64,000 bases of DNA, from positions 1,586 to 65,585 of IMG/VR virus record IMGVR_UViG_3300027026_000014, one strand, 5' to 3'. Each line of letters starts with the position of its first letter. The stretch's first letter is position 1. Shown in pieces: positions 20,101-29,328 of the stretch. The DNA comes from a virus. The notes under the pieces were generated by a model. It saw only the letters and a list, made by a program, of their open reading frames with translations. It made no database searches and had not been told where the DNA came from. The position numbers and the translations under genes were made by a program.

Positions 20101-23100
20101 TCGGTTTTGTCGTCGAAATAGGTTACGTCCCGTGAGGGGCGTCCAGTACGCTCGCTCACATAGTCATAACCTGCCTCCAGGCGCTGGTCGATCGCTTCCA
20201 GTTGCCGTTCGAGGTTGCTGATCTGTTCGGTGTAGCGTGCCTTGGCTTTTTCACTGGGCGCCTGCGAGCGCCAGCCGTACAGCTTGTTCAATTGCGCCGA
20301 TAATTTCGCGCGCTGACGCTCCAATCGGGTCAACCCCTGCTGGCCGTGCTGGGCCTCCTTGCGGGTTTTCAGTACATCCTTCACCCGGATTGGTTTTTCC
20401 GTATTGGAGATAACCAGCTCAGGGTTCAGGTTGGCCAGATTGAACGCGTCCTGGGTCAGCGGCTCTGCGGTAACCGGGTCAATGGTGGTACGGCCCATAT
20501 TCACCGGCTCCAAACCACGTACATAAAGCTCGGCCATGCCCGCCAGAAAATATTGGGAGTAGCTCTCCGGGCTGGACGTCTGGTCGTTGTCCATGGCCAA
20601 CCGCATACCGTATTCCGCGATGGTCGGGGTGTGCATCCATATGGTCTCACCGGACCCCGAATCGCGGAATTGCAGAACCTTGTTTGATTCGTCCTTGCGC
20701 CCCTTACGCGCCGCATTCCGTGCCTTGGTGGCGTTGTCCATCATTTTCGGCAGCATCGCATTCAGGCCTGACTCGGTGCCGAACACATCCGGATTGACCT
20801 GCTCGGGACGCTGGAAGCGGCGCACGACGAATTGACCGTCATCGTCGGCCTCAGCGAAGAACTCACTGTCCGGGTACTGCGCACTCAATGTGTCGATCTG
20901 TGCCTGTGCTTCCCGCAGTGACGGGTAGGTCAGCGGGCGCGCTTCAAGGCGGAAGGTAGGTTTGCCACGCTCGGAGCGTTGGCCTGTGGCTACCGGCACA
21001 AATTCGCGGGTTGGGAATTGGGCCTGTAGGGAGGCAATGGCATCGGCAAGGCGCTTGCCAAAAAGCGGCGGCTGCCGGCGTGCAGCATCGTCGGCTTTCT
21101 CGTCCGGGTCGTTCTGCTCGATGTCGACCAGACTGAATCCTGCGGCGTATTCGAACTCCTGCGCCTGCTCGTCGGTAATGGTTTCATCCGGAGAACGCAC
21201 GCGGGCGTCCGCTACGCCCAGCGGATTGAATTTGGCAGTGACCGAAGCGTAGTCTTCGCCGTCATCGAACAGCTCGCGCTGTTGGGAATCTTTTGCGGCA
21301 GTGGGCGCACTCTGCGGCTCCTCGGCGGGATTCAGGGTGCGCCAGTCCACCCGCTCACCAAACAGGTCGTGCGACGGGGGGATGATCGGGCGGTTTACTC
21401 CTTGAGCTGTTCCCGCTGACGCCGGGCGCCTTCCATCAATAGCTTCCGGCTGTGATCCAGATGCGCCCGGAACTCCTGTGGCGTCGGCGGCTTGATCCCC
21501 TCCCTCTCGGCCATCGCCACGTGACGCTTGTAGCTCTCCAGTTCCAGCCCGTTCAATTCCAGATAGTCTTCGCTCATCCTCTACCCTCTGCTGCCGCTCC
21601 GCCTGGGCAGACAGGGGGTCAGTGACCTCCACTACCTCGCCCGGCTGGGTCGCGGCTTCTTGTTGTTCCGCAACGGCGGCCGCCCGGTCGGCGTCCACCA
21701 CTTCAGCGGTGATAATATTACCCTCGTCATCCCGGGTCTGCACCACCGCGGTATTGGCCGGGTCGGCCAATTCAGACTTCGACTGCGCGTAGCCCAGCAC
21801 CCTCGCGCGCATATCGTCCCGCTGCGATGGGGGCGCATCCCGGTATGTCTGCCCATCGAACTCGCCCCGCACCAGCAGTACCCCTTCCGCAGTTTCCAAC
21901 AACTGCACATCCTCGGGGTGCGCCACGGCCTGCACCCGTGCCAGTACGTCAGGGTTTGCCCGGGATACAAAGAACGCATTTTTGCGGCCGCGGTTAAACT
22001 CCCGGTATTGGGCACGCAGATCCCCCACCGGCTCTGCGGTGGTGATTGCATTGATTTCCTCGACCTCGCTGGCCACCGGGGCGGGTGCCGGTGGCACGTC
22101 GATGGCTTCAACCTGTTCAGGTACCAGTTCGGTCGCCGTCGGCGCAGTCGGTAGTGGCGCTTCCAGAGACAGTACCTCCTCCGCCTGCGGCGCCGGCGCA
22201 TTGACCGGCTCATCCAGGTTCAGCCCCAATTGGTTGCCGCCACTCTGTACGGCCGCTGCCTTGCGAGCTTCCTCGACGAACAGATCGCCCTGCGCCAGAT
22301 TCACTTCCAGCGCCGTAGCAGTCGGCTCCGCGGGTGCGTCCTGCGGTACGGCCGGGGCGAAAGTGTTGTTGACCGAGTGCTCGAACATATCCAGCTGGCC
22401 TTCGGGCAACGCGCGCAGATCCAGTTCGCCCTGTTCCGGTATCTCACGGGGCGTGAAGCTGTTTCGGGCCTCGACAACCTCCGGTTGCTCCTCGAATCGC
22501 CCGTCTTCCTCCGCGCGGCGGAAGTACCGATTGCGCACCGCCTGATAGCCTGTGGGCAGGTTCGCCGCCGTAGACAGTCCGCCACCCACGGCCGCCCCTT
22601 TGGCGATTGCGGTTTTAAGTTCGCTGATACGTTCAGGATCAAATAGGTCCTGGCCGGTATGCGCCGAGACCGTAATAAAGTCCATGATGGTCTGCAGCCC
22701 CTCGGTGCCGCCCTCAACCACCGTCTGCATGCCTACGCGCTGGGCAACATCGGTAAAAGCACTGCGGATATCCTCCGGGGTTCGGCGCAGGCTGCGCGCC
22801 GCACCGCGCACCAGCATGTCCATCGGGGCGTATTCCAGCGCGGTTTTCGGGACACCTGTCAGCAGTGCAGCAGAAGTATCCTCCACACCGGCCTGTTGCA
22901 ATTCGGTAGCCGTCTCACCGGCAGACTGCGCATAGATATTCGCCAATGCCCCCGCTTTGGCTGTAGCCATCGGCAGTTCACGGATGCGTTTTTTCAGCAG
23001 CTCGCGCTGCTCCACCGGCATACGACGTAGCAGGGATTTGGTGAACTGCCGTTGGGCCGTGCGGCGGGCGGCCACTGCGCCGACACCGGCACCTGTGGCC

Positions 23101-23822
23101 GCCATGGCCAGGTCGCCCATCAGCTGCGGAGCCTGTTCCCCCAGTGCTTCCACAAAAAAGGTGAAAGCGGAATCCAGGTCATCGACGTCGTCCCATGACT
23201 GGATCTCCGCCGGGTTCAGCGCCGCCTCTTTGAAGTTGCGACGGATACCCTCCTCACCCCATTCCGACAGCATGTCAAAACCGGTCAGGTCGGCCACCGA
23301 CTTGGCCATGCCGTAATACATGCCCTGCATCTGGTTACCGCCGCGGGCGAACGCTTTTTCGAAGGTGCCGTGCCGGTTCTGGTTGTAGTTGGACTCGTCG
23401 TGGATACCCGCCTCGATAATTGCCGCATTACGCGCACGCTCCGCCGCGGTACCGGGGAGAATACCCTGCTCGGCATCGCGGCCACCGGCGAACTGTTCGA
23501 ACGCCAGATTCTCATCCTGCCCGAACTGCGCGGTAGCCAGGCCCTCGCGCACCAGGGCGGATTCCAGATCGCGTTGGTCAGGGTCACTGACCTCGGCCAG
23601 GGTGCGGCCGTAGCCGTCGGTCCCGGTGGGGTCGACGGTGGCGCCGCCGCGTACGAACTGCTCGGTGAACTGCCGGGCTTCTTCGCCTAGCAATTGGCCG
23701 TCGCCGCGACCGTGGTCAATCTCCGGGGTATTGATGCGGTTTAAGCGAATCCGTTCGCCCGAGTTCAGGTCCTCGATGGTATCGCCATCGAGGACGCGGA
23801 AACTGGGGGTATATCCGGCCAT
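17166..23822 (-). CDS. giant virion-associated protein (2218 aa), N-terminal SNase/thermonuclease-like domain; probable internal/ejection protein
   Basis: N-terminus VLDGDTI...IRLNRINTPEIDHG...GEEA matches staphylococcal-nuclease fold motif; size/position analogous to giant internal proteins of podoviruses; not a tape measure (no sheath/tube genes). Confidence 0.65.
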   Translation of the reverse strand: MAGYTPSFRVLDGDTIEDLNSGERIRLNRINTPEIDHGRGDGQLLGEEARQFTEQFVRGGATVDPTGTDGYGRTLAEVSDPDQRDLESALVREGLATAQFGQDENLAFEQFAGGRDAEQGILPGTAAERARNAAIIEAGIHDESNYNQNRHGTFEKAFARGGNQMQGMYYGMAKSVADLTGFDMLSEWGEEGIRRNFKEAALNPAEIQSWDDVDDLDSAFTFFVEALGEQAPQLMGDLAMAATGAGVGAVAARRTAQRQFTKSLLRRMPVEQRELLKKRIRELPMATAKAGALANIYAQSAGETATELQQAGVEDTSAALLTGVPKTALEYAPMDMLVRGAARSLRRTPEDIRSAFTDVAQRVGMQTVVEGGTEGLQTIMDFITVSAHTGQDLFDPERISELKTAIAKGAAVGGGLSTAANLPTGYQAVRNRYFRRAEEDGRFEEQPEVVEARNSFTPREIPEQGELDLRALPEGQLDMFEHSVNNTFAPAVPQDAPAEPTATALEVNLAQGDLFVEEARKAAAVQSGGNQLGLNLDEPVNAPAPQAEEVLSLEAPLPTAPTATELVPEQVEAIDVPPAPAPVASEVEEINAITTAEPVGDLRAQYREFNRGRKNAFFVSRANPDVLARVQAVAHPEDVQLLETAEGVLLVRGEFDGQTYRDAPPSQRDDMRARVLGYAQSKSELADPANTAVVQTRDDEGNIITAEVVDADRAAAVAEQQEAATQPGEVVEVTDPLSAQAERQQRVEDERRLSGIERAGTGELQASRGDGREGGDQAADATGVPGASGSQPEAIDGRRPASAGTAQGVNRPIIPPSHDLFGERVDWRTLNPAEEPQSAPTAAKDSQQRELFDDGEDYASVTAKFNPLGVADARVRSPDETITDEQAQEFEYAAGFSLVDIEQNDPDEKADDAARRQPPLFGKRLADAIASLQAQFPTREFVPVATGQRSERGKPTFRLEARPLTYPSLREAQAQIDTLSAQYPDSEFFAEADDDGQFVVRRFQRPEQVNPDVFGTESGLNAMLPKMMDNATKARNAARKGRKDESNKVLQFRDSGSGETIWMHTPTIAEYGMRLAMDNDQTSSPESYSQYFLAGMAELYVRGLEPVNMGRTTIDPVTAEPLTQDAFNLANLNPELVISNTEKPIRVKDVLKTRKEAQHGQQGLTRLERQRAKLSAQLNKLYGWRSQAPSEKAKARYTEQISNLERQLEAIDQRLEAGYDYVSERTGRPSRDVTYFDDKTDVAEISGESGVENYNPDRERKLDREVADPMTRPNIPKRAGSMTLAQAQRAVARFQQQYPGLAHLDIEVYSDYQEAGLNFDDGRAAHYVPGENRIQVFAERMPAAEIESALKHEAFAHFQLDTMAPEARARFFRDLRKALASDPELQTYHRDHVAPAYGTELTDANLEEVLARVAESDSPMPFSQRVLSWLRAQLRKLGFSINLTRNDLRYMVERFARDMAEGKYRPQGNGEGRAPLPFAPNALAEAIRNELRPGIANRMWERTKNFYNGTIKAVPVLFTADRQLRVMGAAGKRLANAFFHQAGDRVRSPAFFHRREVARAQWLEQVRRLKEDVFGGDTERYMAALEELQGSDTTEEAANNLSDDARLINEWMHHFRDEYLKPRMRTIGRLPVYFPRMYNIERLESDPEAFYDALESTGAFRRDEAQSIRQAILNGAGGYEFALPEFTHATGPGMDSRSQRQLTQPEVAAALRDGGFLFSDPEQVLEHYIYSATARAEFEGMFHDYLPITGWDPNPESDGGLRESPNNKDILRAKLIQAGRGDLTSDDFNTMAQRAIEYGYLRPDGDFAFWYSPSAKIERMIGELDSHANQTRARVILDGYMGRLGADMPPVARKAFSYAQVFESTLTLLFSAVASLPDLAGPIFRARDLDEMWANMKTAVRVIRNYGDAREFARDMGVVNQRMTHHALKEMYGQAYASAGAQKVTETLFKLNGQEMLTNFTRTLAAAMGERFIVSSARKANRGDVRAQRYLDELGITAEQVLNWEALGSPAWSPDQNQDMQALTNAMQSAIIKYTDESIVRPNAAQRPVWASNPWYMLFWQLKSFFYSYGKVVLGGIAREVGNRYGERGGSTAAKLTDAALPALAAGTLLLPLAALGLELREEIQYEEEDEPTNRLDGWQYTKQLVSRAGIYGPLELALGTTRFDSADSAAASVAGPAIQHVHQLLTGEETYPKIKRSLPVFNQVPWLSDWLENELAL

Positions 23823-25888
23823 TATTTTTCGCCTGAATCAGTGAGCACGCCTTTGCTCTGTAGAACAACCTTGCCGATTTCTTCGTAGATTTTGTCCGGG
23901 GCATCAAAGCCCTGGCGCTGTGCATCGTGGTAGTACGCCTCGAACAGCTGCGGGTTGGTCTCCGCCAGCATCGAGGCCGCATACAACGGCGGAAAAATTT
24001 CCTGGCTGACCTTGTTGCGCCCGTCAATGGTGGTGCCGCCAAACCCGAGGAAATCCCCCACCACCTTGCCGTTGACCTGCATCGCCCGGCGCAGCGCATT
24101 ACCGAAGTGCGCACGCTCCGATTGCGTCATGTCGCGCCAGTCGCTGGGATACCCAAGGCGGGACAACACCGTCTTGCTGGCCGCGTAAGCGCCGTCGAAG
24201 TTAACCGCCGCATCGTCGGCATTACTGAATCCCATCTGCCGGTACTGGTCCTCGGTAAAAGACTTCGCAAATTCCTTGCGGTACTCCTCATTGTGCTTCC
24301 AGATTTCCATACGCATTTTCTGGTCGGTGGCGCTCTCACGTGCGAGTGACGCCGCATGTTTGGCGGTGGCCTTGGCATAGGCCAGCGCCGAACCGCGCAT
24401 GTCATCGCCCGCCATCAGGTTCGCGATGATCGCGTTATCGTGCGGCAGCTTGTTGACCGCCCATAAATTGGTAAGCGCGGCAGCGCGGTCGGAATTACTG
24501 TACTTGTACTCGTCTTTTTTGGTGTCAGTAAACGCCGTCTGTAACTTGGCTACCACCGCGCGGCGCTGGCCCGGGCGCAGGTTATCCGCCCTGACCTTGG
24601 TGAAGTCCGGTACCGACAGCGCCGGTTTCGATGTTTCCCCGGTCGGCGCCTCCGTCGGCGTGGCCTCCTCGTCACGCCCGGCGATAAAGTCCTTGGTACC
24701 CTGCCCCCAGCGCTGCGCCCGCTCCTTGCCGCCGGTCAGGTAGCCCAGGCTGTAGGCGAGGTCCCCGCCCACCTGAGACGCGGCCGCGGTAGTGGCCTGG
24801 TGCACCGGTACCATGCCCGAAGCCAGCACGCGGGGGATGCCCCCCTGTTGATAGTCGTTGACCATCTGCTCCAACATGCCGGGGGTGTTCTCTGGTACCG
24901 GCGCGGGCTCGCGCAGGCTGGGTTTGGTCGGCGCCTGCATGGAGCGTCCGCCACCCACAGTGCGGGCCCCACCGCGCAACGGCGAGGTGTTCGCGGCAAG
25001 CTGCTGTTCTTCCACCGGCGGCTGCCGGTTTGCCAGCGCGGCGACAAAATCCGTCACGTCCTGACCGGCATTCGCTGCCAGCGCCTGCTCCGCCCGCGCA
25101 CGCTGTTGCGGTGACAGGCGGCGTAGATCGATCTGGCTTTCGGTACCGGTCTGGCCCGACGCCGCAATCTGCGCATCGATCTCGGCATTCTCGTCCGCAG
25201 AGATTTCCCCGAACAGGTTGCTCACCACCCGCTCCGGCAACTCCTCGTCGGTCACGTCGTAGCCTCGCCGTGCCGCCTCCTGTACCAGCTGCTGGTACGC
25301 CGGGCCAAACTGCTGCGACACCCACGCCTCGAATTCCTGCGGGTCGGCCTCGCCGGATTTCACTTTTTGCTCGGCAATACGGTAGGCGCGGCGCGCGCTC
25401 ATGCGGCCGAAGCGGGCATTCTCCATATCGAGGTATTCGGCAAACTGCTGCGGGGTGAACGCCACATCGCCCTGCCCGTCCTTCCGCTGTAGGAATTTCA
25501 CCGCGCCGTTGCGATCGCGCTCGGCCAGCCGGAAGCGGCCATCCTCGCCACGCACCAGCTGCACATCTTTGCCCTGGGTAAGGTCGGCAAAACGCTTGTT
25601 GTTCTGGCGGGCGGTGTGGAACAGCCCCTCGGCCACATCGTGGTTCTGAGCCAGAAAGGTGCCCATATCCTGCTGTGCCTCGATCGCGCGCTGCTCCGCC
25701 TGCAACGTCATATTGCCCAGCTCCTGGCCGCGCTGCAGCCGTTGCGCCTCCGCCCACTTGTCTTCTTCCAGCTGGGTCTGGCGCTCGGCAATACGGATGC
25801 GGTCCTGATCTGCAAGATAATTCAGTGCATTGCCCGTCATCGCCTGGGCACCGCGCAGGCCGGCATTGATCTGTGCGTAGTTCGGCAT
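23822..25888 (-). CDS. virion/internal protein (688 aa)
   Basis: Start codon overlaps giant gene; synteny in structural operon. Confidence 0.45.
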   Translation of the reverse strand: MPNYAQINAGLRGAQAMTGNALNYLADQDRIRIAERQTQLEEDKWAEAQRLQRGQELGNMTLQAEQRAIEAQQDMGTFLAQNHDVAEGLFHTARQNNKRFADLTQGKDVQLVRGEDGRFRLAERDRNGAVKFLQRKDGQGDVAFTPQQFAEYLDMENARFGRMSARRAYRIAEQKVKSGEADPQEFEAWVSQQFGPAYQQLVQEAARRGYDVTDEELPERVVSNLFGEISADENAEIDAQIAASGQTGTESQIDLRRLSPQQRARAEQALAANAGQDVTDFVAALANRQPPVEEQQLAANTSPLRGGARTVGGGRSMQAPTKPSLREPAPVPENTPGMLEQMVNDYQQGGIPRVLASGMVPVHQATTAAASQVGGDLAYSLGYLTGGKERAQRWGQGTKDFIAGRDEEATPTEAPTGETSKPALSVPDFTKVRADNLRPGQRRAVVAKLQTAFTDTKKDEYKYSNSDRAAALTNLWAVNKLPHDNAIIANLMAGDDMRGSALAYAKATAKHAASLARESATDQKMRMEIWKHNEEYRKEFAKSFTEDQYRQMGFSNADDAAVNFDGAYAASKTVLSRLGYPSDWRDMTQSERAHFGNALRRAMQVNGKVVGDFLGFGGTTIDGRNKVSQEIFPPLYAASMLAETNPQLFEAYYHDAQRQGFDAPDKIYEEIGKVVLQSKGVLTDSGEK

Positions 25889-25895
25889 AGGGGTC

Positions 25896-26525
25896 TCACA
25901 TAAAGATTGCAGCAGCCATCAGCGCCATGCTGGCCACCGAGGCTGCGGTCTGGGTTCGCTGTGCGGAATTCTGAGCCTTGATCGCCGCGTTGTTGTTCTG
26001 GCGCGCGTTTGAAAGGTCTGCGGCGGTGTTCAGGGAATCGGTACTACTGGTGGCGATACCCCGGCCAATAGCCGCCAGCTCCTCGCGCAGTCCCTTATTG
26101 CGCTCGTACTGGGACACCCGCGCGTTGTTCACGAGGTCATCATTGTCCAGCGCCTGGGTAAGTTCCGAGGACACCTTCGAACGGCGCAAGTCCAACGTAT
26201 TACCGCCGATACCAAATCGGGAGGCCATACGCTGGGAGCGCTGCTGTGTTTCCTCCGGCGTGGTGCCCGTCTCGATCTGGTCCTTGGCAGCCTCAATCAT
26301 TGCGCGGGAGTCGATCTCCCCCATCAGCTCGCGGTTCAGCGGACGGTAGAGCTGGTTGTACAGCGCCAGGTTCTGTTTGGTTACACTCGCCAGCGCGGAA
26401 TCCGGGTTGTTGACCAGCGTGGTCGACAGGCGCCGCACACCGCGGGGGGTACCCTCTGGCGTCGCTGTATTAGCGTTCCGGATCTCGTCGAGTCGAGAAA
26501 TAATGTCGCGCAGATCGTTAATCAT
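25896..26525 (-). CDS. structural-module hypothetical protein (209 aa)
   Basis: ORF in operon, tight spacing. Confidence 0.4.
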   Translation of the reverse strand: MINDLRDIISRLDEIRNANTATPEGTPRGVRRLSTTLVNNPDSALASVTKQNLALYNQLYRPLNRELMGEIDSRAMIEAAKDQIETGTTPEETQQRSQRMASRFGIGGNTLDLRRSKVSSELTQALDNDDLVNNARVSQYERNKGLREELAAIGRGIATSSTDSLNTAADLSNARQNNNAAIKAQNSAQRTQTAASVASMALMAAAIFM

Positions 26526-26531
26526 CCGCGG

Positions 26532-27197
26532 TTACCCTCCGGAAGAAAGAATGAGCCCGGCAGTGCGGAGCGGCGAAAGTTTTGTGCTGTTGGGGTCCGC
26601 CGTCCATACGCCATCCTTGCCGACCGTGCCTTTTTGCAGGCCGCCTTTACTGAAGCGGTAACCGTCGGCACGCAGCGTCGCACCCTGCAGTGCGCCGTTG
26701 GCCACAGTCAGTACCGCCTGGGTACGGGCGTTGGATTTCAGGATATCGTTCTGGACTTTCTGCGCGGCCGTATCACTGCCGCGGCGCGCGGCGGATTTGA
26801 GCGAGGCAGCCGTCAATTCACTGACATCCTGCCCCACCTTGGCCGCACCGAGGCGGTTGGTATCGCGAAGGGATTCATTACTGACCACCGCATCCACTTC
26901 CGACTGGCGTACACCGGAAGCCACCGCATCGCCGGTCGAAGAAAAGTCCCGTAACGACATCGCGCCGGGCGTCGCGGTCTTGGCCTGGTAGGCGTCTTTT
27001 TCGGTGGCAGCTACATCGGCCGAGGAGCGGCCGCCGAGAAAATTACTGAAATCTTCCGAGCGCGCTTCATCCACCATGCGCGCCTCGAGCGCTGCAAAGC
27101 CGTCATCGATCCGCTCATTATGTTTAGCGATCGCCTGCTGCGCCTGCGCGATTTCACTCTGGCTGGTTTTCTGTTTCGGGGTGCTGCTGCCGCCCAT
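26532..27197 (-). CDS. structural-module hypothetical protein (222 aa, start trimmed to MGGSST with GGGAGA RBS)
   Basis: ORF; upstream portion of track ORF overlaps neighbouring gene. Confidence 0.4.
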   Translation of the reverse strand: MGGSSTPKQKTSQSEIAQAQQAIAKHNERIDDGFAALEARMVDEARSEDFSNFLGGRSSADVAATEKDAYQAKTATPGAMSLRDFSSTGDAVASGVRQSEVDAVVSNESLRDTNRLGAAKVGQDVSELTAASLKSAARRGSDTAAQKVQNDILKSNARTQAVLTVANGALQGATLRADGYRFSKGGLQKGTVGKDGVWTADPNSTKLSPLRTAGLILSSGG

Positions 27198-27633
27198 ACT
27201 GTTTCTCCCAAACGATCGCTTTTTCTCGCCATGTATCGGGCCGTTTGCGGCGTTGCATGGCTCGCCACTCGCGTCGGGAGGAAGAAAAACGGACGTAGCG
27301 CCAGTTGTAGCGTTCCGCCATTTCGTCAAGCACGTCCTCGAAAAAATCGAGCGCGCCGGGGACAGGGTCAAGTGCCGTCGCCCAGACAAACAGACCCTTC
27401 TCGCGGGTCAGTCGGTCGACCATTTCTTCCACCACTGCAACACCGATAATTTTACCGCTGCACTCGATGGTGATCGACGAAAACGCCCCGTCGAGCAGAT
27501 CCGGGTAGAAGTCCTCCGGATGTGCCCCACAGGGTGCGCGGGTAATGGTTTTTTCAAGGCGGGGGCGGATCTCTACCGGGTAGAGATCGCGCATTTCCGT
27601 CGTTGAGAGAACCTGGTAATTAAATTCCGCCAT
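27154..27633 (-). CDS. hypothetical protein (159 aa)
   Basis: ORF with ATGG start overlapping upstream gene end. Confidence 0.35.
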   Translation of the reverse strand: MAEFNYQVLSTTEMRDLYPVEIRPRLEKTITRAPCGAHPEDFYPDLLDGAFSSITIECSGKIIGVAVVEEMVDRLTREKGLFVWATALDPVPGALDFFEDVLDEMAERYNWRYVRFSSSRREWRAMQRRKRPDTWREKAIVWEKQYGRQQHPETENQPE

Positions 27634-28249
27634 AGGTCATCGGGCGTGCCTTCGCGTTGTTGTCCTGGCGGGCGGCGGCAGCAGCCGAGAGCTTGTCATT
27701 TTCGAACAGGCTCCGATAAACCGTGCTGGTGTCCGGCGCATACCACTCCTGCCCTACCTGATTGGTGAGCATGGCAATCGCGCCATTGATGATGTACTCC
27801 GCGTGCTGCTCCATAAACTCATCGTCAATGGAGGTTGCCGCACGCACCGGTTGCAAGGCGAGAATCAGGCCCAACGGCCCGGTACTACCGGCATTTGGTG
27901 CCGGCGCCAGGATCACGGTCTGCCCGTCCTTCAACGTCAGGAACCGGGTCAGGCCCGGCGTAACCCGCCAATCGGGCATGGTCAGGTCCAGGTCTTCCTG
28001 ACTGCGTACAGACAGCCGGGTTGGGTAATCCCAAGCCAGAATTTTTACGATACGGGTTTCCGCTGGCAGCAGCGGCTGGTACTCGTTTTGTCCCGCGGTG
28101 GTATTCACCCGCGGCACCGTTAGGCGGTAACAGAACGCATCGCGGCACAACTCGCGCGCCGCCATCACGATCGCATTTTTAATCACCGGGATCGGTGCCT
28201 TCTGCACCAGCGGGCGGATCTCCGGCACCAGATCGCTAAACAGTGCCAT
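27620..28249 (-). CDS. putative head-tail adaptor/virion protein (209 aa)
   Basis: Synteny downstream of capsid gene. Confidence 0.4.
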   Translation of the reverse strand: MALFSDLVPEIRPLVQKAPIPVIKNAIVMAARELCRDAFCYRLTVPRVNTTAGQNEYQPLLPAETRIVKILAWDYPTRLSVRSQEDLDLTMPDWRVTPGLTRFLTLKDGQTVILAPAPNAGSTGPLGLILALQPVRAATSIDDEFMEQHAEYIINGAIAMLTNQVGQEWYAPDTSTVYRSLFENDKLSAAAAARQDNNAKARPMTYGGI

Positions 28250-28899
28250 TACTGTCTCCCGTTAGGGTCTACCTGATCCTCGGCCTGAATCTTGCCGGTG
28301 ACCAATCCCACAAACTGGTTAAAAAATTCCTTGGCCAGAGTCATGTTGGCTACCGCATCCATGTCGGAACTGAGCGCGGAATAGCAGATGTATTGCACCA
28401 GCGCGGCATCGTAGATATCCGCCACCGAAATCGGCGAGGTCTGGGTAGTGACCTGGTCTGGCACCTTCGAGTATTTAATCTCGATATGCCCGCCAGCCAC
28501 GCGTGGATACACGTAAAAACCGGTGTTGTCCTCAGCGTCGACCATGTAATGCAGCACTTCGGAACCACTGGCGTTATGCCAGTCCGGTTCGAAGTCATCG
28601 AGGTCGTGGATCGGTGTCAGGGTGATGGCACGGCCGGGGGTCGCCCCGTCGCCGCCCATATTGCGGATCACCCGGATCAACGACACCGCATCCGTGGGCA
28701 ACTCCTGGCGGGAGTCATCCGCCAGCGCCACGGAACTGACTGCGGTGAACGCATCCGGTTTCAGCGTTACGAGCACCCGCTGACCTTCATTCAGACCGTC
28801 GAGCAGGTCCGCATCTGTCCAACGCTGGGACGCATTGCTGACGTCTTGCAGAATGCGGCGTGCCCGATCGAGAAGTCGGTCAGCGGTAATTGTGCCCAT
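28249..28899 (-). CDS. putative head-tail connector/virion protein (216 aa)
   Basis: Synteny; start overlaps. Confidence 0.4.
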   Translation of the reverse strand: MGTITADRLLDRARRILQDVSNASQRWTDADLLDGLNEGQRVLVTLKPDAFTAVSSVALADDSRQELPTDAVSLIRVIRNMGGDGATPGRAITLTPIHDLDDFEPDWHNASGSEVLHYMVDAEDNTGFYVYPRVAGGHIEIKYSKVPDQVTTQTSPISVADIYDAALVQYICYSALSSDMDAVANMTLAKEFFNQFVGLVTGKIQAEDQVDPNGRQ

Positions 28900-28901
28900 A
28901 A

Positions 28902-29270
28902 TCAGCCTTCAACAATGGCCCACGCTTCGTCGCGTTGCTCTTTGGTGGTGTTAAAACCGCAGCGCTCCTCAACCACATTCGCCCGGGGAATACCGGCGCT
29001 GGTCAGGAGTTCGGGTTTATCCTCCGCGAGAATCGCGGCCATCACGTCGGCGATCAGCTCCACGGCAGCATCCGCTTCGGTGGTCACTACCGCATCGTCT
29101 TCAGCGGCCGCAACGGTGGCCTGACCTTCCGCCACCGGGCGGGCACCGCCTACGACCGCTGCAGCAATCAGGTGCTCAGGAAGTTCGACAGGCTCACCGG
29201 CGGGGAGGAAAAAACTGTGCATACCGTCAGTGGTATTCACTTTCAGGTCTTTGGGGGAAACGTATTTCAC
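28902..29270 (-). CDS. hypothetical protein (122 aa), possibly head decoration/completion
   Basis: Immediately follows capsid gene terminator. Confidence 0.4.
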   Translation of the reverse strand: MKYVSPKDLKVNTTDGMHSFFLPAGEPVELPEHLIAAAVVGGARPVAEGQATVAAAEDDAVVTTEADAAVELIADVMAAILAEDKPELLTSAGIPRANVVEERCGFNTTKEQRDEAWAIVEG

Positions 29271-29294
29271 GCTCTGGTCCTATTGTTGTGGTTG

Positions 29295-29322
29295 CAGGAA
29301 AAGGCCGGGGTTACCCCCGGCC
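29295..29322 (-). terminator. rho-independent terminator after capsid gene (GGCCGGGG-TTAC-CCCCGGCC + T-tract on minus strand)
   Basis: 8-bp GC stem, 4-nt loop, followed by TTTTCC in transcript orientation. Confidence 0.5.
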
Positions 29323-29328
29323 GAAACC

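Noticed and set aside
17166-23822. Tape-measure protein or N4-type virion RNA polymerase
   Set aside because: There are no tail tube, sheath or assembly-chaperone frameshift genes around it, and there is no recognisable T7-like RNAP motif content. The N-terminal SNase-like domain and operon position fit an internal/ejection protein better.
24672-25757. 361-aa minus-strand ORF rich in G/R/A inside the 688-aa virion gene region
   Set aside because: Alternative frame of the same strand within a high-GC stretch; the 688-aa frame is continuous and operon-coupled, so this is considered spurious.
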